Assembly: GCA_965222225.1 (NCBI GenBank)
Contig: CBDCTK010000002.1
Span: 2,208,001 to 2,272,000 of the forward strand
Direction: 5' to 3'
From: Candidatus Poribacteria bacterium
GTDB taxonomy: Bacteria > Poribacteria > WGA-4E > JAJDTR01
Length of the DNA stretch: 64,000 nucleotides
Shown here: piece by piece, positions 49,570 to 58,936 of the stretch
Numbering within the stretch: the first letter of the stretch is position 1
How the letters are laid out: every line of letters starts with the position of its first letter
The notes under the pieces: generated by a model
What the model was told of the DNA's origin: nothing
Database searches by the model: none
What the model saw: only the letters and a program-made list of their open reading frames with translations
Translations under genes and position numbers: made by a program

Positions 49570-50484
49570 CTATCTTTTCACGCCCGCCTTTGCTCCCTTT
49601 GAGCGCAGGTATCCGATCGTTTCTTTTCGGGCGCGATCTACGGCAAAATCGAGAGGCGTCCAGCCCAAATCTGTTTTGGCATTGATCCCCGCCCCTGCTT
49701 CTAGCAAGAGGTCGGCTTGTTCGATGAAGCCCGCCCATTCGGCGAGCGTGTGCATGGGGGTCCAATTTCCAGAGGCTTCACCTTGAGCGTTCACATCGGC
49801 GCCATGCTGTATGAGCAATTCGGTAATCCGAATGAAATTAGCTTTGGATCCTCGCCGCGGGCGCACAACCCAATGGAGCGGCGCCAATCCTTCGACATCC
49901 GTGGCAGTCGCACAAGACGGATTGTCTTCTAGCAAGTCCTGCACAACCCCCAACATTCCGAAGTGCGACGCAGTCAAGATGTCGATTTCTGCACCTTTCG
50001 CCAGCAGATAATCCATAACAGCCTCGGCTTCCTCGCTAGCGCCGTAGATAAGTGATGCGCACTGTAGCGGCGTGTAATCGCGGTAATCACGGGCATTGAT
50101 TAGATCGGGGGTTTCTTTGAGCATGTGTCGAACCACGTCCAGCAACCCCGCTCTAGCTGCCGTGAAGATGTCATATTCGGCGCCGTTGTCAGCCAGATAC
50201 TGTACGATTTTCCGATGTTGCGGGCGATGCCAAACCACCCTCTCTGCCGCAATCTGAATCAAGCTGCGCGCATCATTGTGTATCCGCGCATTGATGAGTC
50301 GACGGTCTCCTTCAATGAGAGTTTTTACCGTCGAAAACTCCCCTTTTCGGACAGCGTCGATTACCGCGTCCACTTGAGTTCCATAGTCATTTCTCTGTGC
50401 GTTTGAGGGTGAGATGGCGGCGTATAACATACCACCAAGCATGAGTGCCGCGCCAAGGATCGTGTACGTGACTTTCTGTCTCAT
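49570..50484 (-). CDS. Secreted ankyrin-repeat protein
   Basis: Signal peptide; TPLQCA, APLHW, TPMH, TPLDFA...GADVN repeats. Confidence 0.88.
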   Translation of the reverse strand: MRQKVTYTILGAALMLGGMLYAAISPSNAQRNDYGTQVDAVIDAVRKGEFSTVKTLIEGDRRLINARIHNDARSLIQIAAERVVWHRPQHRKIVQYLADNGAEYDIFTAARAGLLDVVRHMLKETPDLINARDYRDYTPLQCASLIYGASEEAEAVMDYLLAKGAEIDILTASHFGMLGVVQDLLEDNPSCATATDVEGLAPLHWVVRPRRGSKANFIRITELLIQHGADVNAQGEASGNWTPMHTLAEWAGFIEQADLLLEAGAGINAKTDLGWTPLDFAVDRARKETIGYLRSKGAKAGVKR

Positions 50485-50575
50485 ATTCCGTCATATTCCG
50501 GTGAATCTCAATCCTAATCCCATTTCGCTTGAACAACATTGCGTATGATGTCTAATTATAACATTCTCTTCCTAT

Positions 50576-50632
50576 GTAGGCGGCGGCCAAACGAGTGAAT
50601 AGCCAGTGCGATAGAGGTCCCCTTGCCCCACC
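50576..50632 (+). repeat. REP-like hairpin with a degenerate single-unit cassette
   Basis: GTAGGCGGC[GGCCAAACGAGTGAATAG-CCAGTGCGATAGAGGTCCC]CTTGCCCCACC. Confidence 0.7.
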
Positions 50633-50892
50633 GACTTTGCGTAGCGACAAGGCATCTTACTCCGCTCCACACATGTTTCTTTACTTGATTCACGCAATCA
50701 ATGCATTATCATTTTGGAGAAATGGCATTAGCAGTGGTTGGTGGAGCACAATGAATTGTGTTACTACACTATGCGGGGGTTTTGTGAGACAAGTGTCAGA
50801 GCGCTCCCACATACCCTTGTAATCTAGGGGCACGGTCGTCCCTATCCGCCTACTACACGTACAGGTCGCGACGCTTTCATTGGATTGTGCCC

Positions 50893-51834
50893 CTAATATC
50901 CCTTCTCTTTATCCACCACATTCTGCAACGGCTCCCCCTTCACATACCGGTGCAAGTTCTCGACAAACCGCGCCATCGAACGTTTTGGGAAATGCTGTGA
51001 GCCGCCCGCGCTATGGGATGTCAAAATCACATTGGGTAGCGTCCACAGCGGGCTGTCGTGCGGGCAAGGTTCCGTGTAAGTGACATCCAGTCCAGCCCCC
51101 GCCAGTTTACCGGACCGCAGCGCCGCGATCATCGCCGCCTCGTCCACCACCTTTCCCCGACTGACGTTGACGAGAAAACTACCCGCATTCAACCGGTCAA
51201 AGAGGTCTTGAGATAGCAATTTGTGCGTTTCCGCCGTGATCGGACAGCATACCATTACCACATTCGATTGAGACATGAGTTCGGGCAGATAGTCCATCTT
51301 CTCCAGTTGGTCGACGGATTCGGGCGGTTGCATATCTTCAGGATCGACGGCAATGACCCGTAACTCAAAGGCTTTCGCCCGATTTGCAATTGCCCGCCCG
51401 ATGCCGCCCAATCCGATAATGCCCATGGTCATACCCGCAAGCTCCAGACACGGCGCACCTCGCCACTGCTTGCTTTTCATGAATTCCAACTGTGTGTGGA
51501 TCTGCCGCGTCAGCGAAAGTAGCAGGGCAAACGCATGTTCGGCAATCTGAGGCCCAAATAGTCCGCCCGCATTCGTCAACACGATGTCGCTGTTCTTGAA
51601 TCTCTCGTACAGGTGCCCTTCAGCCCCGGCATGAGGCTGCTGAACCCACTTCAGTGCATCTGCGCGGTCAAAGTCGGATTCGGAGAGCAGACCGAACAGC
51701 ACCTCAACATCGGCGAGATGGTCTGCCTGCTTTTCCCCATCCGGTAGAAATGTCACCTCGGCCTCGGAGTGTGCATCTTTCAACAACCCCTCAACATCGG
51801 GGGCAAATCGACTGCCAATTAACACGCGAGTCAT
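50893..51834 (-). CDS. D-2-hydroxyacid dehydrogenase
   Basis: GIIGLGGIG, NVSRG, GAGLDV..EP, LTSHSAG; GGAGG RBS before 51834. Confidence 0.92.
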   Translation of the reverse strand: MTRVLIGSRFAPDVEGLLKDAHSEAEVTFLPDGEKQADHLADVEVLFGLLSESDFDRADALKWVQQPHAGAEGHLYERFKNSDIVLTNAGGLFGPQIAEHAFALLLSLTRQIHTQLEFMKSKQWRGAPCLELAGMTMGIIGLGGIGRAIANRAKAFELRVIAVDPEDMQPPESVDQLEKMDYLPELMSQSNVVMVCCPITAETHKLLSQDLFDRLNAGSFLVNVSRGKVVDEAAMIAALRSGKLAGAGLDVTYTEPCPHDSPLWTLPNVILTSHSAGGSQHFPKRSMARFVENLHRYVKGEPLQNVVDKEKGY

Positions 51835-51917
51835 CGTTATTCCTCCCTTTTGGATTACGCAAAGAGACCAAAATTTATCAGTCAACAGGATGTTGGAAGC
51901 ACACTACCGCTCCCCTC

Positions 51918-51954
51918 GGATTGCCAAATCCAAGGGGTCTGGATTTGGCAATCC
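51918..51954. repeat. Perfect 15-bp inverted repeat (REP-like or terminator)
   Basis: GGATTGCCAAATCCA-aggggtc-TGGATTTGGCAATCC. Confidence 0.7.
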
Positions 51955-52027
51955 AGACCGAGCAAGAAGCCGTGCGTTTTGAGTTTCCAGAATGCGCAAG
52001 TCCCATGTAACCTAAACTTGCTAGCTT

Positions 52028-53563
52028 TCAAAGATACCGTTTAATGAGATCGGCAATGTCATCATATCCCTTTTTCTCCGCCCAAGCGAGGGGCGTAGCC
52101 CACTCGGCGCCGGCAAGCGTGGAATCAGCGCCGCGCTCAAGATAGAGACGCGCGAGGTCGTACTTTCCCCAACGAACCGCCCAACCCAGGGGCGAAGATT
52201 GCAGCAGGTCGTCAATCACATTCAGGTCGGCGCCATAGTCGAGAAGGATGCTTCCGAAGGTAACGCGTTCAGGTTCGGTCATGATGGGTTCTCCCCATAC
52301 AACGCCGCACGCCGCCAGATCGTGAGCAAGCCGGTATCCGAAACGCCCTACCAGATTGGGGCTGGCGCCGTAATCCAAGATCATCCGAAAGATCTCGGGA
52401 TAGACAGTGCGGTCAAAGTCGCGAAATTTGCGGTGAGGGTTGGTGCGCCAAAGGCGAAGCGGTTGTTCAAGCAGATAGAACCAACGATTGTCATCCGGTT
52501 CCCAATCAAGTTGACGCAAACACATCCCCACGATATTCGGATCGCCCCCGCAGCCTGCCGCCCACAGAAGTTTTTCCGCAAGGGACGGGTCGTTGTGGAG
52601 GGCAACCGCAGCGGCGGAAGTTTCACCTTGGAGTCCGGCAGTTACCGGATCCAATACGCCACCGTATCTAAACAGCAATCCCTTCATTTTTTCATCGCGA
52701 TTGTTATACGCGTTGCCCACGGGATTGCCGCTCGCATAGATGCTGGCGTTGGGATCGGCGCCGCATTCAAGTAGGAGTTCGGCAATCTGAAGAAGACCAT
52801 CTCGTTCAGTGTCGGAGGATTGAAAGCGGTGGGAATCAAATGCGGCATACGCGCGAAGGTAGTCGAAATCACCGAGCGCAACCGCAGATTCAAGCGATTG
52901 TTCGCATCCCGCCTGAAGAAGGATGCCAGCGCAAATCAAGCAACCTTCGTTGAGAGGTCTGTTTCGACCGCGTACATTGTGGACAGCGCCGTCGAGAGGC
53001 GATTGCCCCTCGGGTGTGAGATGGGCAATATCGGCATTGCGTGCGAGTAACTCCTGAACAAGTTGGTAACGGCCGTGAGACGCCGCCGCATAAATGACAC
53101 TGCCGCCATTCCGATGACAGGCGTCGATCAATTCGGGCTGCCGACTGAGGATTGCTAGGGCATCCTCACTTCGCCCCTCTCGGACGGCTTCAAACAGCGC
53201 GTCATTTTCTTCGGTGATGCTGATGTTTTTGCAAGCGGCGAGTTTGCGTTTTTCGTCCTCCTCCCGCAAGATGTGGACAATCTCACCCATGCCCCGTTCA
53301 CGGGCGATGGTAAGTGCGCCGGTGGCATCGCGGTGGGGATAGATGCCGTGCGTGTGATTCGCGCCCGCTTCCATCAGGATGCGCACGGCGTCGGAGTGTT
53401 GATTCATGACCGCGTAGTGAATGGCTCGATGTTCATCGTCCTCCGCCATGTGTACGTTAATCAGATCGGGTTGCAGATCGAGAATCTGTTGAATTTTGGA
53501 GACATCGCCATCCCTCGCCGCTTCGCATAGGTCGGCGACCCTATAGGTTTCATTCGTCTCCAT
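52028..53563 (-). CDS. Cytoplasmic ankyrin-repeat protein
   Basis: Multiple ANK repeats (AIHYAV, SPLDGA, SPLGWA, TPLAWA). Confidence 0.88.
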   Translation of the reverse strand: METNETYRVADLCEAARDGDVSKIQQILDLQPDLINVHMAEDDEHRAIHYAVMNQHSDAVRILMEAGANHTHGIYPHRDATGALTIARERGMGEIVHILREEDEKRKLAACKNISITEENDALFEAVREGRSEDALAILSRQPELIDACHRNGGSVIYAAASHGRYQLVQELLARNADIAHLTPEGQSPLDGAVHNVRGRNRPLNEGCLICAGILLQAGCEQSLESAVALGDFDYLRAYAAFDSHRFQSSDTERDGLLQIAELLLECGADPNASIYASGNPVGNAYNNRDEKMKGLLFRYGGVLDPVTAGLQGETSAAAVALHNDPSLAEKLLWAAGCGGDPNIVGMCLRQLDWEPDDNRWFYLLEQPLRLWRTNPHRKFRDFDRTVYPEIFRMILDYGASPNLVGRFGYRLAHDLAACGVVWGEPIMTEPERVTFGSILLDYGADLNVIDDLLQSSPLGWAVRWGKYDLARLYLERGADSTLAGAEWATPLAWAEKKGYDDIADLIKRYL

Positions 53564-53635
53564 GCTTGTTCCTCCGCTACTGCTCGCCTTGAAAAATCCA
53601 AATCAGTTTTGTACACAATCGAGTTTAAGGCGCAT

Positions 53636-54031
53636 CTACTTTTGTTTAGCCCCTCTCAACTCAAAAGCCTTAACTATGATGTACGCAATTAAGGCAAATA
53701 TGAAAATCACTAAGTACATCCAAGCAATTGCTTGAAGGGTTTCAATGATGGTTCGATATATCTCCAGTGTCCATCGTTCGTTATTCAACTCTAAAACCCG
53801 ATCGTCTTTGGTCGGTGCGCTTATATATCGTTCTAGCTGATGTACCCTCACACCACCCGAAATACCGACTACATAGGTGGCAAATTTCACATACTTATTC
53901 CACGCGCTGCTGATTTCCTCCTGAATGATGCGCCTAAAAATGGTGGATATTGGCTTATTAAACATCTTCACAACGCAAAATGAGACAAAAGCCGCTAAAA
54001 CGAATGTGACTAACAGTAATGAAAAAAACAT
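53636..54031 (-). CDS. Hypothetical three-TM membrane protein
   Basis: GGAGG RBS, three hydrophobic helices, 131 aa. Confidence 0.75.
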   Translation of the reverse strand: MFFSLLLVTFVLAAFVSFCVVKMFNKPISTIFRRIIQEEISSAWNKYVKFATYVVGISGGVRVHQLERYISAPTKDDRVLELNNERWTLEIYRTIIETLQAIAWMYLVIFIFALIAYIIVKAFELRGAKQK

Positions 54032-54052
54032 ATATCCTCCACTTTTCCCGGA

Positions 54053-55222
54053 TTAGAACGAGATGCGTATCAATTCCAGAGAGAAAATCTCATCGGTCTC
54101 AGGCTGAACGCTGTCCGTAGAAGCGAACTCTTCGCCCCAGCCCCGTGTAAAACGGTGTGTGTACCAGATTCCCGCGGCAGATCCAACGACATTCGCCACG
54201 ACATAAAATTTCGTGTTCTCCCAACTGACATCAGCAAGGAGGAGGACTCCGCTGCCGGAGAGCGCACCGATGACCGCACCGAGAATTATCAATCTAGCAC
54301 GGCCTGTCGTGTACTCATCTTTGCCAGTCAATTGATAGCCGAGATATGTTCCTAGCGGCAAACCCAGTATGGAGGCGAACACATAGGCGCGCGGATGCTC
54401 AACTGTTTCAATCTGTCCCGAATCAATTGTGATGTCGCCCAAGCCGGCCAGGTGGGTCATTCCGGCTGCATAAGCACTGCCGACGACGCCTCCCAGAGAG
54501 ATGAGGTGCGCCCGACCTTGTGAAATGGATTTGTCTCGAATCAGTCTCGATGTCGCCCAGACGCCCGCTGGCACACCGACCATTGCGGACGCAGTGTAGA
54601 TTTTGGCTTGCGTCCAATTTTCAAGATTTTCAATGTCGAGAAGATACGGAATGGCGATGCCGTACAACCCTCCGACCAATCCGCCTTTGGTAATGAGATC
54701 GGTTTCGCCTTTCTCAAACCATCTGTGATCGCTGAGTGAGTGAGCGATTAGTCCGCTCAAAGGTGTGGCAAGCATCGCGCTAGCCAAATACGCTTTGTCA
54801 TTCTCGGATTCGAAAAAAATCGGAATGCCGAATCCATAAAGTGTGCCCGCGTAACTCCCCCATTGAATGAGTTTGGAACGGCCGGCGCCGAGCCGATAAT
54901 TTTCGGTGGCTTTGAGCGCGCCCCAAAACGTCCCGCCGCCCATCAGCAGTTCGAGTCCGATTATTTGCCGCGCGGATTCCATCTCTAGCATACGAGCCGT
55001 CCCCGGCCCATACAACAGAAGCCCATACAGCGTTGCATCAAACACCATTCGTTTCCTGCCCTCCTGTTGTTCCTCTAAGCTGACCTGTTCGTCAACGCGG
55101 TTTTCGAGATGACCCTCCGGTACAAGGTTGAGAAAGACGAAAATCGTGAAGCAACAAAGAACGGCAATAATATTGGGCGCCCTATTTCTGCTATTACTCG
55201 GCATGCTGGTAGGATTTTTCAT
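54053..55222 (-). CDS. Gly-rich membrane protein with ~4 internal helical-hairpin repeats
   Basis: Repeated GR(A/S).LI..GG..G..YG units. Confidence 0.7.
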   Translation of the reverse strand: MKNPTSMPSNSRNRAPNIIAVLCCFTIFVFLNLVPEGHLENRVDEQVSLEEQQEGRKRMVFDATLYGLLLYGPGTARMLEMESARQIIGLELLMGGGTFWGALKATENYRLGAGRSKLIQWGSYAGTLYGFGIPIFFESENDKAYLASAMLATPLSGLIAHSLSDHRWFEKGETDLITKGGLVGGLYGIAIPYLLDIENLENWTQAKIYTASAMVGVPAGVWATSRLIRDKSISQGRAHLISLGGVVGSAYAAGMTHLAGLGDITIDSGQIETVEHPRAYVFASILGLPLGTYLGYQLTGKDEYTTGRARLIILGAVIGALSGSGVLLLADVSWENTKFYVVANVVGSAAGIWYTHRFTRGWGEEFASTDSVQPETDEIFSLELIRISF

Positions 55223-55767
55223 AATGTCCTATATGATTAACGTGATTCTGATGCAACTGTGCAATTTCTGACGCAGGTCGTGAAAGTTCGTCTCAGTCTT
55301 TTCAGCGAGATTACTCATGTCCGCATGGAACCCTTGAGAATTAGCATCTCCGAGTGTTTGCTCGTCAGCATATTGTCCCGGAACGACTAGTTGAGTCTTT
55401 AACGCGCGCCTCAAGTTTGTCTTCGCTCTGATTTAATCTCCGCCGGCTAAACCCCAAAGGCACAACGTAGAATATCGCAAATGCTCCCCACAGCTTGAAT
55501 TCATCAAGTAAACCTTCAATGAATCAGTATCTCCTTCTGCGATGCCACATTATCGGAGTTTGCGACAAATCTGACTGCACAAGTGCAACTATACCACATT
55601 CACATCGCTTATTCAACCCGCACCGGTCACATTCCCAGGGCAATCGCCTCTGATTTTTGGGGTGTGATCGCGTCCTCTGCCTCACTCTCGACTAGATGTG
55701 CTATGAATGGGGATGCAAAGGGAAGATCGGAAATCGGGGATTTGATGATTGTCGATTTCACAAGAAA

Positions 55768-55852
55768 TCGCGACCGGGAGATCGCTCCTACAGTAGGTTT
55801 GTAGTAGCGATCCTCGATCATTAAATCGAAGATGGAATCCCTTCATTGCGCG
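55768..55852. repeat. Empty REP (55768-55791) next to a REP with a divergent GATC...ATCCC insert (55809-55841)
   Basis: TCGCGACCGGGAGATCGCTCCTAC; GTAGTAGC[GATCCTCGATCATTAAATCGAAGATGGAATCCC]TTCATTGCGCG. Confidence 0.7.
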
Positions 55853-55912
55853 TTTGGCTGGCCGTTCAACTGCGTGAGTCCTAAGACTAAACAGTTACAC
55901 CACCGATTTCAC

Positions 55913-57616
55913 TTATCGGGCGATCAGCATCGTCACCCGATGCGGCTCGGTTCCCGGACTCCGTTTCGGGGCTCCGTGAGCATCTCGTAGAGTAAACGGG
56001 TGATGAATGAGGATGTCCTGCACCCCGTCCTTGTTGAGGTCCACCAGCCAGGTGTATTCCCCGTCGTTGGGTAGGGCAACTGCCACCTTTTGAGGCTGCC
56101 GGGCGAATAGCTTTGGCCCCGGCACGCCGACATAGACACACAATTGCTTATGTGTCCACTCGATAAGCAGGTCTGAGCGTCCGTTGCCGGTCACATCCCC
56201 CATGAGCAAAGTCCTGTTGAATGCGCGCAGGTAACTCTTTTGAGTGTTCCGGCTCTCGTGCGTGCCTCCTCGAAGCACTATGTCCAGCGGCACCCACCCC
56301 GGCTCGCGATGGCTGGGCGCACCGTCCAACGCGATTCTGCGGGTGATGTTGGGATTGTCGCCGTAGAAGCCCCCTTCCATGTAGTAGAACTCAAGATCCA
56401 ACCAGATGTCGTCGCCCATAAACCCCTTGAGTCTCTTCCAGAGACTGCTCTTGAGGAAATCGAGACCGATGGTTGTGAGCATCACGTCGACCCGGCCGTC
56501 GCGATCGAAATCGTGCCGGTACATCCCGAGTTGGACGCTGTCGTCCGACCGGAACGCGGCGTTGACTGCCGGCGCGAACTCGGTGCCACCATCGGGTATT
56601 GGCGTGCCGAAATGCACTTCGTAGGCGGAACGCTTACTGGACATGTTCCTACCCTCTAGCGAGAAAACCACGAGATCGGCGACACCATCGTCGTTCAGGT
56701 CGGTTAACGAGTGCAGTACCTTCCCCAGCATGTCTCCGGTGGCGAGCGAAGAGAACTCGTCGGAGTCGAATGCCACATTGGTCGTGAAGCTCTCTGCCAC
56801 TGGAGAAAACAGCCCGTGCTTGTCCTGGTGATGAACCAAGAAGTGGTCCTCGTTCCAGAACACCAGGTCGTTGCGGCCGTCTCGGTTGTAGTCTATCTCG
56901 TGGACGCGGCTCTGACTCCAAGGGTTGTAACGATAGCCGTCGGCTCCGTAAATCCTACCCATCTCGGCGGGGGCACCGACCTTCACCGGATCGGCGAACG
57001 CGCCATCACCCACCTGGATGAACACCCAGAAGCCCGCGACATCCGGTACCACTAGGTCGTCGCGGTCGTCGCCGTTGAGGTCCCGAGTAATATCTACATG
57101 GGGGATTTCGCCGCTGCGAGGCGGGTTGAAGTTGGAAGTAACCTCCACCAGCGCACGCTCCGTCGCCGTTTCGGGGTCGAACCAGTTTAGGCGGCCGGGC
57201 TCGTAGGTAATCAACCGGTCGCGGCCACCGATGTTTGCGACGTCGACGAACAACACTTTGGGACGCAGCGTTGTGTCAAGGTACGTCTCCCAGGCGCCGT
57301 CGTCGAACGCGTAGATACGCAAGCGACGGTCGTCGTTGCCGTTGATGTTCACTACGGCAAGTTCTGCCATGGCGCCTCCGAGAAGAAACCCCGTTAATAC
57401 GGTCTGGCGTTTCGCGGATCCGATGACCACGTCGTACTGATTGAAAGTGAATTCCGCGGCGGCCTGATCGTCACCGGCGTATGCCATGCATTCCGATAGG
57501 AACGCTCCCAAAACCAGTATGGGGAACAGGCTTCGTGGATAATGCCTCGTGCAGATGGTTGCCAAGCTGGATTTTGCGGAAATCCGGCGTTTGTGGGATT
57601 GGTTTCGCTCTTTCAA
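55913..57616 (-). CDS. FG-GAP/VCBS-repeat (integrin-alpha-like) exported protein
   Basis: Six DxNxDGxxD-type loops (DLNGDDRDD, DYNRDGRND, DLNDDGVAD, DFDRDGRVD, DVTGNGRSD, DLNKDGVQD); start codon uncertain. Confidence 0.85.
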   Translation of the reverse strand: MKERNQSHKRRISAKSSLATICTRHYPRSLFPILVLGAFLSECMAYAGDDQAAAEFTFNQYDVVIGSAKRQTVLTGFLLGGAMAELAVVNINGNDDRRLRIYAFDDGAWETYLDTTLRPKVLFVDVANIGGRDRLITYEPGRLNWFDPETATERALVEVTSNFNPPRSGEIPHVDITRDLNGDDRDDLVVPDVAGFWVFIQVGDGAFADPVKVGAPAEMGRIYGADGYRYNPWSQSRVHEIDYNRDGRNDLVFWNEDHFLVHHQDKHGLFSPVAESFTTNVAFDSDEFSSLATGDMLGKVLHSLTDLNDDGVADLVVFSLEGRNMSSKRSAYEVHFGTPIPDGGTEFAPAVNAAFRSDDSVQLGMYRHDFDRDGRVDVMLTTIGLDFLKSSLWKRLKGFMGDDIWLDLEFYYMEGGFYGDNPNITRRIALDGAPSHREPGWVPLDIVLRGGTHESRNTQKSYLRAFNRTLLMGDVTGNGRSDLLIEWTHKQLCVYVGVPGPKLFARQPQKVAVALPNDGEYTWLVDLNKDGVQDILIHHPFTLRDAHGAPKRSPGTEPHRVTMLIAR

Positions 57617-57651
57617 TTCTGTTGTTATAAAATGTAACTCTGCTTTGCGGC

Positions 57652-57720
57652 GATCAACCGACCGAATAGGATCAAATGAGCGAATAGCGAATGCGATAGA
57701 GATCCCTCTTCATTGCCCGT
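57652..57720 (+). repeat. Two-unit cassette followed by a REP right arm
   Basis: GATCAACCGACCGAATAG-GATCAAATGAGCGAATAG-CGAATGCGATAGAGATCCC-TCTTCATTGCCCGT. Confidence 0.85.
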
Positions 57721-57763
57721 CTAATGACTTCAGGGTTGTTACTCACCACTAAACACTTATAAT

Positions 57764-58552
57764 TTACGATTCCCAGATAAAAACCTGTTTCTCGTAGATA
57801 ATTTCAAATCCGTTGCGCTCCAGATTCCCCAGCGATGTTTTAAGCATGGTGAGGGTTTGACTGCACGCGACTTGGCATCCGAGTTCAGCGGCTCGATTCA
57901 AGCGTGCCTTGATGAGCACATTTTGCCCGCCTTTTCCTCTGTGTTCTTCAGCCGTTGCTGCCGAACAAAGGCAGGCGAAACTGTCGTGTGTCCCCAGTAT
58001 TGCGGCACTGACAGGAGTACGATCTTCATACGCCAGAAAGTGCTCAAACCCGGGCTGATCAACGCCGTCAAAGAAAAATGAACAACCCCAAGGACTGTAG
58101 ATATGGGTAATCGCATCGGCGTGGTTTTCGACCTCCCGCCGAGAGACACGCTCCACTCTGAGATGGGTTTCGTGTGGTGTTACTTTTTCAACGGGACGAA
58201 TTAGCGTAGGGTACTGTGTCCCCTGAAACGGCTTAAGACCGTTGTCTAGCAGCCACTTGACGATTTCTTCTTGCTGGGGATTCGGACTAAGCCAGAAGAA
58301 GAATCGCTCAACCTGTGCCCCTTTCAATGTGTTCAGAACCTTTAAGAAATCGGTCTGAGACACTGTTGTCCCGCAACCGAAATAAAGGGCGGCGTTTCTG
58401 TTGGCTGATGGATACGGCGAGGACGCCGAAGGTGGATCTATCGTGATGATAGCATCCCCAATATTTTCGTACCTGTGTGTGCCGCCCTTCGAACAACTGA
58501 ATTCTTTCTGCTCAAGGACTTTGAGATGTTTGGCGATTTCATAAGGTATCAT
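57764..58552 (-). CDS. GNAT-family acetyltransferase
   Basis: AATAEEHRGKGGQ..LI.ARL, S..NLERNGF. Confidence 0.85.
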   Translation of the reverse strand: MIPYEIAKHLKVLEQKEFSCSKGGTHRYENIGDAIITIDPPSASSPYPSANRNAALYFGCGTTVSQTDFLKVLNTLKGAQVERFFFWLSPNPQQEEIVKWLLDNGLKPFQGTQYPTLIRPVEKVTPHETHLRVERVSRREVENHADAITHIYSPWGCSFFFDGVDQPGFEHFLAYEDRTPVSAAILGTHDSFACLCSAATAEEHRGKGGQNVLIKARLNRAAELGCQVACSQTLTMLKTSLGNLERNGFEIIYEKQVFIWES

Positions 58553-58553
58553 T

Positions 58554-58936
58554 TCATTTTTCAATCGGGCTTTCAAAAGTCAAGCGGTAACCGTCGGGAT
58601 CTTTGAAATAAAAGACATCCATGTCGTTGCCAACAAAGGGTACGCCTACTTGAATACCGCGTTAATTGAACTCTCGGTGCGCCGCTTTGGCATCATCACA
58701 AATGAAATATAGCGTAAGTCCACCTCAGGATTCGCGCGAGCTTCGCCCTGAGACTTCTGCAGCATCAGCGCTCTGTCGCCGTGCTGAATCCAGCACTATT
58801 GCAATTCGTCATCTTTCTCCCACTTTTCTTGCATTTCGAACCCGAGACCATCAACGTAAAATGCGACCAATCTCTCCACATCCGCAACGGCGAATAAAGG
58901 GACTGTCTGAGCAATTTTGACCCGTGATAAACTCAT
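58554..58936 (-). pseudogene. VOC/glyoxalase (bleomycin-resistance-like) protein, pseudogene
   Basis: Manual translation [33 protein letters not shown]...LQ*CW...GLTLYFICDDA...N*RG...FKDPDGYRLTFES; stops at 58796 and 58662 plus a frameshift; ATGA overlap with the uvrA stop. Confidence 0.82.

Noticed and set aside
52770-52810. Possible in-frame deletion in the ankyrin gene at GLLQIA/ELL
   Set aside because: Suspected only from irregular repeat spacing; it cannot be shown without homologue alignment.
57652-57706. GATCAA 18-nt units as a CRISPR or TIGR-like array
   Set aside because: Only 1-3 abutting units per locus, no unique spacers of regular length, and no cas or effector gene in the window.
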